DNA of 61,393 bases, filler included, from Basidiobolus ranarum (lineage: Eukaryota), in assembly GCA_040143965.1 (NCBI GenBank). It is 19 parts of 19 records of this genome, joined end to end, with 100 filler letters (N's around TTAATTAATTAA, not from the genome) between each part and the next. Parts side by side here need not be neighbours in the genome. Positions count along the whole stretch, not along the records: positions 51,818 to 54,945 come from JASJQH010002711.1; positions 55,046 to 58,170 come from JASJQH010002712.1; positions 58,271 to 61,393 come from JASJQH010002713.1; 16 more parts are not named here. One strand, written 5' to 3'. Every line of letters begins with the position of its first letter. Positions within the stretch are counted from its first letter, which is position 1. Both the position numbers and the translations under genes were made by a program. Positions 54,643 to 61,393 of the stretch are shown piece by piece. Below the pieces are notes generated by a model. It was not told where the DNA came from. It searched no databases and saw nothing but the letters and a program-made list of their open reading frames with translations.

Positions 54643-54816
54643 TAAATATTTTCCACTAAACCATCATTTTGCTTTCTTTACTTTGCCAAAGCTCAATTTT
54701 GATTCTTTTAAATTATTTCTTTGCCAGTAACTATTTTTTGTCTCTGTATTGTGACAGGTGATCGTGTATGTTGTTCAAATGTGGATAGTCCCTGAACCTT
54801 GGAGTTGCTTGTCTAT

Positions 54817-54945
54817 GTTGAAATTAGCATTGCTTAAACACCTATATAGTCATATATAGCTTAGTACTTAGTTATCTTATAACTCACTAAGATATTATCA
54901 ATTATTCTCAATTGGAATTTACTTTGAATATTTTTACCAACTTAG
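54817..54945 (+). mobile_element. Copia-type LTR fragment
   Basis: Same family as 6264 and 61063. Confidence 0.75.
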
Positions 54946-56871
54946 NNNNNNNNNNNNNNNNNNNNNNNNNNNNNNNNNNNNNNNNNNNNTTAATTAATTA
55001 ANNNNNNNNNNNNNNNNNNNNNNNNNNNNNNNNNNNNNNNNNNNNTAAAAACCCTAGACGACTCACAAATTTAAGCTGCCAATAAATTTTCCATCCTTAA
55101 AAGAGCCACGGTATCGGTTTGAGGTATCCGCTTAATGAGTACATCGTTCCTTGAATTCCTCTAACGAACTTTGTGAAACAGTGGAGCCATTTTGGAATTC
55201 GAAGATTTTTAAAGTGACTTCACTAGCTACGGAGCACTTCTTGAATGGATTCTAATCTTGGCGTAGTGGACTCCAGGTAGTGATTATATTCCAAATAGGT
55301 TACCCACCTGGAAGTTCTTCGCCTATTCAAATGTCATTGTAGGGTTTGCGAGACTGAAGGAGGGACTCATTTTCTAACTGATCCAAGTTATTGAGAATGG
55401 AACTCTCAACTGATATGAAGATAGAAATCTCACGTTTCTATTCTTCCTGTTTATAGAAATTATTCATGGAGAATCTGACAAATCCATCATTCCATATTAC
55501 AAAATATATGCTGCGGTGAATCCGTCTTGATTTCAAATACTGAGCATATTAGTACTGACTTCAAATCAATCCAGCTCTCCAAACTGAGGAGTGCGGGAGA
55601 TCGATTGTTAATGTTGTACCGAAGTGCACTTTGTAGAAACACGCGCAAAATGAGTTGCCTTTTCCGTGAAGAGCAAATTCCAATGCGTTAGTTGTGGTGA
55701 TTTGATACCACTACGCCTCAGGTGCTTAAGAATGCCCTCCCATGTGGTTTGAGCTGAATCTACGGGAGTGAATCGCACATTGATGTAATCTTGGTGCCTT
55801 ATACATGATTCTATTCGTCTTCTGGTTACAACAGAGTGGCAAGGTAATCCCATTCAGATAAGAGTTGTCTTAGTGCCGTTTCGATATGCAGACTTGTCTT
55901 GGCTAGGTATTAATCATGATGAGCCATATCTCTGTATTCATATCGTGCAAGATAGGCGTTGTATCCAGAACGATGTAGTGGACCTAAAGCAATCAAAGCT
56001 CTCAACTACACGTTATTCATCTGCTGGGCAATCTGCTTGACATCACTATGCAGTAAGAAGTCCAGAATGAAATACCTTTTCCCTATCGGAAATACAGGAT
56101 TTTACTTTAAAATTAGACGATGTCAGTACTTTTTTTAGACGAATCAAAATTAATTTCTAGACGCTTTACTTATCCTCTTACACATCGCTAGTGTACGGTT
56201 GTATGTAGTTAATAAAGTTGTAAATTAATGCCAACAATAATGTCTGAAAAAGAACCGAGTTTGTCTCAAAAAAAATCTGATTTTCCAGATCATCGAGAAT
56301 TGGATTTCCAATCGTCTCATTTTAGAGTAAAACACTGTAATATTGACCACAACTCCGAGCAGCTAATAGCCAATCAACAATCGCTGACCTCCTATATATA
56401 TATTACCCAATGCTAGTACACAATGACTCAGTTGGTGAATCTCTGATCTAGGTCATTGGTATATAGTTACTCTTATCTGTATCGACTATATTAATGGTTT
56501 CCTGTGTATATGCTTCAATTGTGAAACCATCTCATATCTCACTTTTTATCGCCCAATACGCTCCGCCAACATTCTGTTCATTTGACTGGTAGGTCATTCA
56601 GGTCGATCTTCATGATCACCAGCATGACCCTGAGGGTTAGCGTACTGGATGGTCACCGGTAGCATTCTAAGTGGATTTATTTCAATGTGGTCGGTTCGTG
56701 AGAGTAAAGGAATATGTGTATACAGTCAAGAAACTCGCGTAAATTAATCGCAGGAGTTCAATAACTAAGCCAAGTATGTATGAGAGTGTGCAAAAATCAA
56801 TGATATATACACCAGCACTCTAGGTACTACTGTATGTGTAGTTATAGAACACAGGTATCGATGGTGTAAAA

Positions 56872-57531
56872 TCAGGATCTTTCCTCTGCGTGATGAGAAG
56901 ATCGAGGGAAATTGAGTATATCACTAAGCCGACAGCCTCTAATTCGGTTGCTGTCTTCGGCATCATTCTTGAGACGCTCATCATCTGTGTCAGATGCACT
57001 AGATATGAAAGAACTGGCTGAAAAGGTAGGACTTGTCGGGCGAGATGATGCTAAGCCATTAATCATGACTTGTCCTCTCAAAGCATTGGTAGTAGAGTGA
57101 AAGAATTGCTCGTGGAAGTATGGGTGGTGCGAATGATTATTTAGGTACATTCTATGTGTAGGCTTGGCTGATGGATTTTCAGCGAAGAGGTATGCATAGG
57201 AGTCCTCGTGATGGTTACCTACGTGGGTGTTATACTTGGGCGCCAGTAAGCCATGTCTGGAGATGTCATAATTCTCATTGCCTTTATGCTGACGGCGATG
57301 TCTTGATAGTTCATCAGAACGAGAAAAGGTTTTTCCACAATGATGAACTGTACATGCATACGGTTTCTCGCCAGTATGAATACGAAGGTGGCGAACTAAA
57401 TGTTCGTTGCGTCGAAATGCTCGATCGCATACAGAGCATTTGTACGGTCTTAGCAGGACAGCCTCTGTTTTGCATTGTGCTCCTTCAGTTTGTAGAATGT
57501 ATGAAAGACTAAAAGCCTTTGGGTTTGACAT
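56872..57531 (-). CDS. Two-finger C2H2 transcription factor, CreA/Mig1-like
   Basis: [33 protein letters not shown]...[18 protein letters not shown]; Ser-rich tail ending in an LSDIL motif. Confidence 0.88.
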   Translation of the reverse strand: MSNPKAFSLSYILQTEGAQCKTEAVLLRPYKCSVCDRAFRRNEHLVRHLRIHTGEKPYACTVHHCGKTFSRSDELSRHRRQHKGNENYDISRHGLLAPKYNTHVGNHHEDSYAYLFAENPSAKPTHRMYLNNHSHHPYFHEQFFHSTTNALRGQVMINGLASSRPTSPTFSASSFISSASDTDDERLKNDAEDSNRIRGCRLSDILNFPRSSHHAEERS

Positions 57532-58373
57532 ATTGAAGTTTGGTAGAAGAGTTGGTAGGTATTTTTATCAAGAAAGGGCAGCAAGGTGGCTATTATATAG
57601 ACAACCGGACGAATTGGCGATAGATCCGGGGGATTCAGTTTCTTCTCAATAGAAATGGTGGACTTGCACAAAAAAGTCACCTACACTCAGGATCCCCAGT
57701 TCTAGCAGTTACATTTGATTAGATCAAAGTCTAGCGAGGGTGAAGCCATCTGTACAATGATCCAGAAGACAATTCCAATGATGTTCACTACATGTCAACC
57801 CCTGGATCTTGAGTCGAACTCGTGCAGCGGACTGGAATGAAAAATGACTCCAATGTAAGGTTTCTTGGATGGCTCTTGATCATTCCATTAACCACTAAGT
57901 CTGAGAGGCCATCATTCTAACATGAGCAGGGACAGTAGTTTGTCTCACATCAAACATCAAGTCATTCCAGCTGTATTAAAATCAATCATAGACATTAGCG
58001 TTGTATTACAAATATACCCTTAGCATATGTATCTTGCTTGATTCATTGTTATTGGTGTTCTGATTGGTATGCGACAGGCGAGTGGCTCTTGATTTTACCA
58101 CGCAAAAGAGAGACGTGTGAAAGCCAGGGTTGGTTTTTAGCTGGTATCTCCTCCCCTTCACAGTTACTTCNNNNNNNNNNNNNNNNNNNNNNNNNNNNNN
58201 NNNNNNNNNNNNNNTTAATTAATTAANNNNNNNNNNNNNNNNNNNNNNNNNNNNNNNNNNNNNNNNNNNNTATCGAAAAAGGAAAATCATATCAGAAAAA
58301 TAAACAAAGGAGATCATTTATTCACAATCGAGTTGAGAAAGAATGGGCGAATGTTCGATACAAAGATTATATT

Positions 58374-60237
58374 TTATAATGGTTCCAAGAGACTGTCGGT
58401 GGGCCACTCTTCATCAGTATGAATTTCGACCACCTTTAAGTTACTTTGCATGTCGAAATCCACAGGAAATTGGCTTTGCATTTTCTTGTGGTATGACTCC
58501 AGTTCCTATCAGATTTTGTATTGTTAGAATAAAGAATAAATTTGCTATTGCATTTATACTTATACGTACCTCAATTGATTCAATATCCTTTAACTCCTCA
58601 AATGCTTTATTAAGAACCTCACCTTCGCTCTTAAATTCGTGGTTTTTGTTGGAATAGTTGGATTTTAATGTTTTGACTTCCTCTACCAGTGTTGACTATA
58701 ATATATAGGTTATTAGTATATGAAACAATGCACCAACAATAAAATTTTACAAACCAGTTGCTCTTGAAGCTCCGAGACACTTTGACTGGAGGCCTTAATA
58801 TCAGGCGGTATAATGGAATCTAATGTTGCGAATCGAATTGTGATTTAGCAAAGAGGTTGAAAAGTGGAATGAAGAGCATTATGATATGAGAAGATACTAA
58901 CTGATATGATGAGGTGAGAACATCTCGGCTAAATAATCATGGTTGCGCTTATATCTGGCCATTGCAATATCTCGCGGTGTTAGCACATCTAACTCATCTA
59001 CATTAAAACGGGTGAGTAAGTGATGCTTTCACTATATCATCAAGGACACCTCTACCTCCAAACTGTTCACCAGCATCCGTACTAGTCATAGGTTGTGGTG
59101 TAGGCTTCTATTTCATTAGTGACAGATTTAAGATCACACCGCTGCAATTATGACATAGAACTATATCATTCTTACCTTGGGTCCTTTTTTTCTACCAGGT
59201 TGACTCTTGACCACGGTTCTGGGTGGTGTCCTGATTGGCGCTTGGTTGATAAAGGTAGTGTTCATCATCTGATGAGGCGTTTGTGGTACTTGTGGGACTT
59301 TTTGTTGAAGGTTGTATGGTGAAGATTGGTGGAGGGTGGCGTTAGACATGTGAGGATTACCAGATACATGAGGTAAGTTAATAGTTCCCATTGAAGAGTT
59401 ATTCATTTGTGAACCAGGTAAACCACTCAAAAAGATTGGTGGTAATGGATAACGTCTAACGGGAACTTTCGATAATGCAATATTTGCAGGAATTTTCACT
59501 AAAGAAGAAAAAAGGTTAACATCGTCAAACACTAGATCTAATGACATTCGAGATATATTACTTGATTCATCAGGTTTGACATAGTGGACGAGTTGAAGTT
59601 GATCGTTTCCTGCCTTTCCTATTCTATAACGTCTTCTCTGCATAGAAACAAATTGTTCTCCAGGTAAAAATCCGCATTTTCTTTCCGCTACATGCATTTC
59701 CTACAATATTCAAAGTATCAAATAAATTTTTCGTTAACAACTACGTATATTTGAAGTTCCTGTAGATTGGCGTGTATTTACTCTAGAATCTGGTAGAGTG
59801 ATCTTTAAAATCTGTTCATCATCCATCCAAAGATATCTAAGAAGCGCGTTTTAGATAAGATTCCGTTAAAGAAAACAAACATGAATCTCACCCATCGTGT
59901 GGTACTTGTTGTGTGAAAGAAGGCAAATAAACCAGAAAAAATTGACCATCTATGAAAAAGCAGTGAGTTGTGAGGGAAAGTTACGACTAAAAGTGCAAAA
60001 CAACAAGTCGCTTTTTTGGAGATAGTATATTGTACTTCATAAGGTATAAAACGTACCGGAAGGTTTGTCGACATATTTCCATTCGAAGGATAGTTGATTA
60101 AATGCGGAGGTTGCTTTTGTTAACAAATCACATGCTTTATCTAAAGGGAAATTACCATACACTGATGGGTATTCCGTATGTGCCACATAAAATAGCTCAG
60201 ATCTAGCTTCGGGATTCAGTTGTTGTGTTGACAACAT
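58374..60237 (-). CDS. ssr4: SWI/SNF-RSC subunit Ssr4-like protein, multi-exon
   Basis: H.EYP, F.W.YVDKP, DDEQ.F, E.KCGFLPGE....RRRYRI; C-terminal DELDVLTPRDIAMARYKRNHDYLAEMFSP. Confidence 0.75.
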
Positions 60238-61062
60238 TTCCTGACTTTCAAGCTGGTGTACGCGTGAAAAATGGTGAGCAATAGACGTACCGGTTCAGTA
60301 ACACCTAAGTTAAAAAATATTGAGGTCGCTAGAATTAAATCTGATTGGTGAAACTAAACAAAATCCATTTGATCATATAGTAACAACAGATATCTATATT
60401 TAAGCAAAATGCGTAACTTGCCAATATAATTTGAACGGTAATATATAAAACAAATAAAAGAACGGTGAGCCAATCAACCTAATCGAGGCTATGCGACTGA
60501 AAGCTATCATCCAAACAGGAATGAAAACAACACTGCACGCTCGGAACAGTCCAAGTATAAAGTAGACATTACAGCTCGGAATAATCTAAGTGAGAAGATT
60601 AACTGACAAACCATTTACTAAGTTCTCTAAGCCTGAGATTTTGCATCACATGTATCGCCAGTGTTGGAAGATTCAAGGCCATTTTTGCCACCAACTGGTA
60701 AAGTTGATGGAATTGTTTGGGTTTCTTAGAAGATGGATAAAGATATTTCATTGGTTTTATAATATAAAATTACGGTACTTAACTCCATAGTAACTTAAAG
60801 TTTGTCCTATTGCAAAGAAGAGTAGTTATCCAAACTTTCAGTATCTCCAAGAACACATATAGAGACATATATAACAGGGACAGGATTGAAATAGTTCCCG
60901 ATAATCTCCTACTCAGAAGGATATCAAATATAAATCATAGTTGATTTTCTACTTACCAGTGTTTGTGTAATGCATGGTGTTCCAACTGACAAACATCCAC
61001 TAATGCAAAAAAATTTTGTGGTAAGAAGTATACATGAGGTAGGTGTCTTCCCAGGCTTTCCA

Positions 61063-61393
61063 TGTTGAAATCAGCTGTGCCTAAACATCTATATAGTCAT
61101 ATATAGCTTAATACTTAGTTATCTCATGATTCACTAAGATATTATCCATTATTCTCAATCAGAATTTACTTCAAATATTTTTACCAACTTGGAAGTTCTC
61201 AGATATATAGATTTTTCAAACTTGTGCTAGGAGCCCTAAACTCTGCACCCATGTTTCTGGGACCTTCCTTAGCACATTGTATATGTTAGTTTGTTTACAT
61301 CTTGACAAAACTATAAATGTCAACTTTCTACTCAATAAATCAATAAGTGAAAAACCACCAATTCCTCTAATTCTCCAAACCACTTCCAACAGG
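61063..61393 (+). mobile_element. Copia-type LTR
   Basis: TGTTGAAATC... colinear with 44030-44340. Confidence 0.8.

Overview
AT-rich eukaryotic DNA with short GT-AG introns, most consistent with an early-diverging fungus (a Basidiobolus/Zoopagomycota-like origin is an inference, not shown by the sequence). The window is not one locus. It is about 19 separate ~3.1-kb contigs joined by artificial spacers (N-run/TTAATTAATTAA/N-run), so gene neighbourhoods across the gaps carry no meaning. Host genes, many cut by contig ends: ABCB transporter, J-domain protein, SAM methyltransferase, multicopper oxidase, pepsin, tandem HPPD copies, tRNA-Thr(CGU), PIF1, eEF2, subtilisin, kelch protein, GH9, PP4 catalytic subunit, HELLS/DDM1-like SNF2, GST, YnfA, a CreA-like zinc finger and Ssr4. 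Much of the rest is decayed, CpG-poor Ty3/Gypsy, Ty1/Copia and DNA-transposon sequence. Three highlights: (1) an endogenous Polinton/linear-plasmid-like element with an OTU-like domain fused to a protein-primed DNA polymerase B, a head-to-head small ORF and a 55-58 bp tandem array, interrupted at polymerase motif A by an LTR-like repeat; (2) a 31-aa repeat protein missed by the ORF track whose units end in ...YPRSRF-G-R, resembling a processed peptide (RFamide-like) precursor; (3) an intronless bacterial-type YnfA gene, a candidate horizontal transfer.
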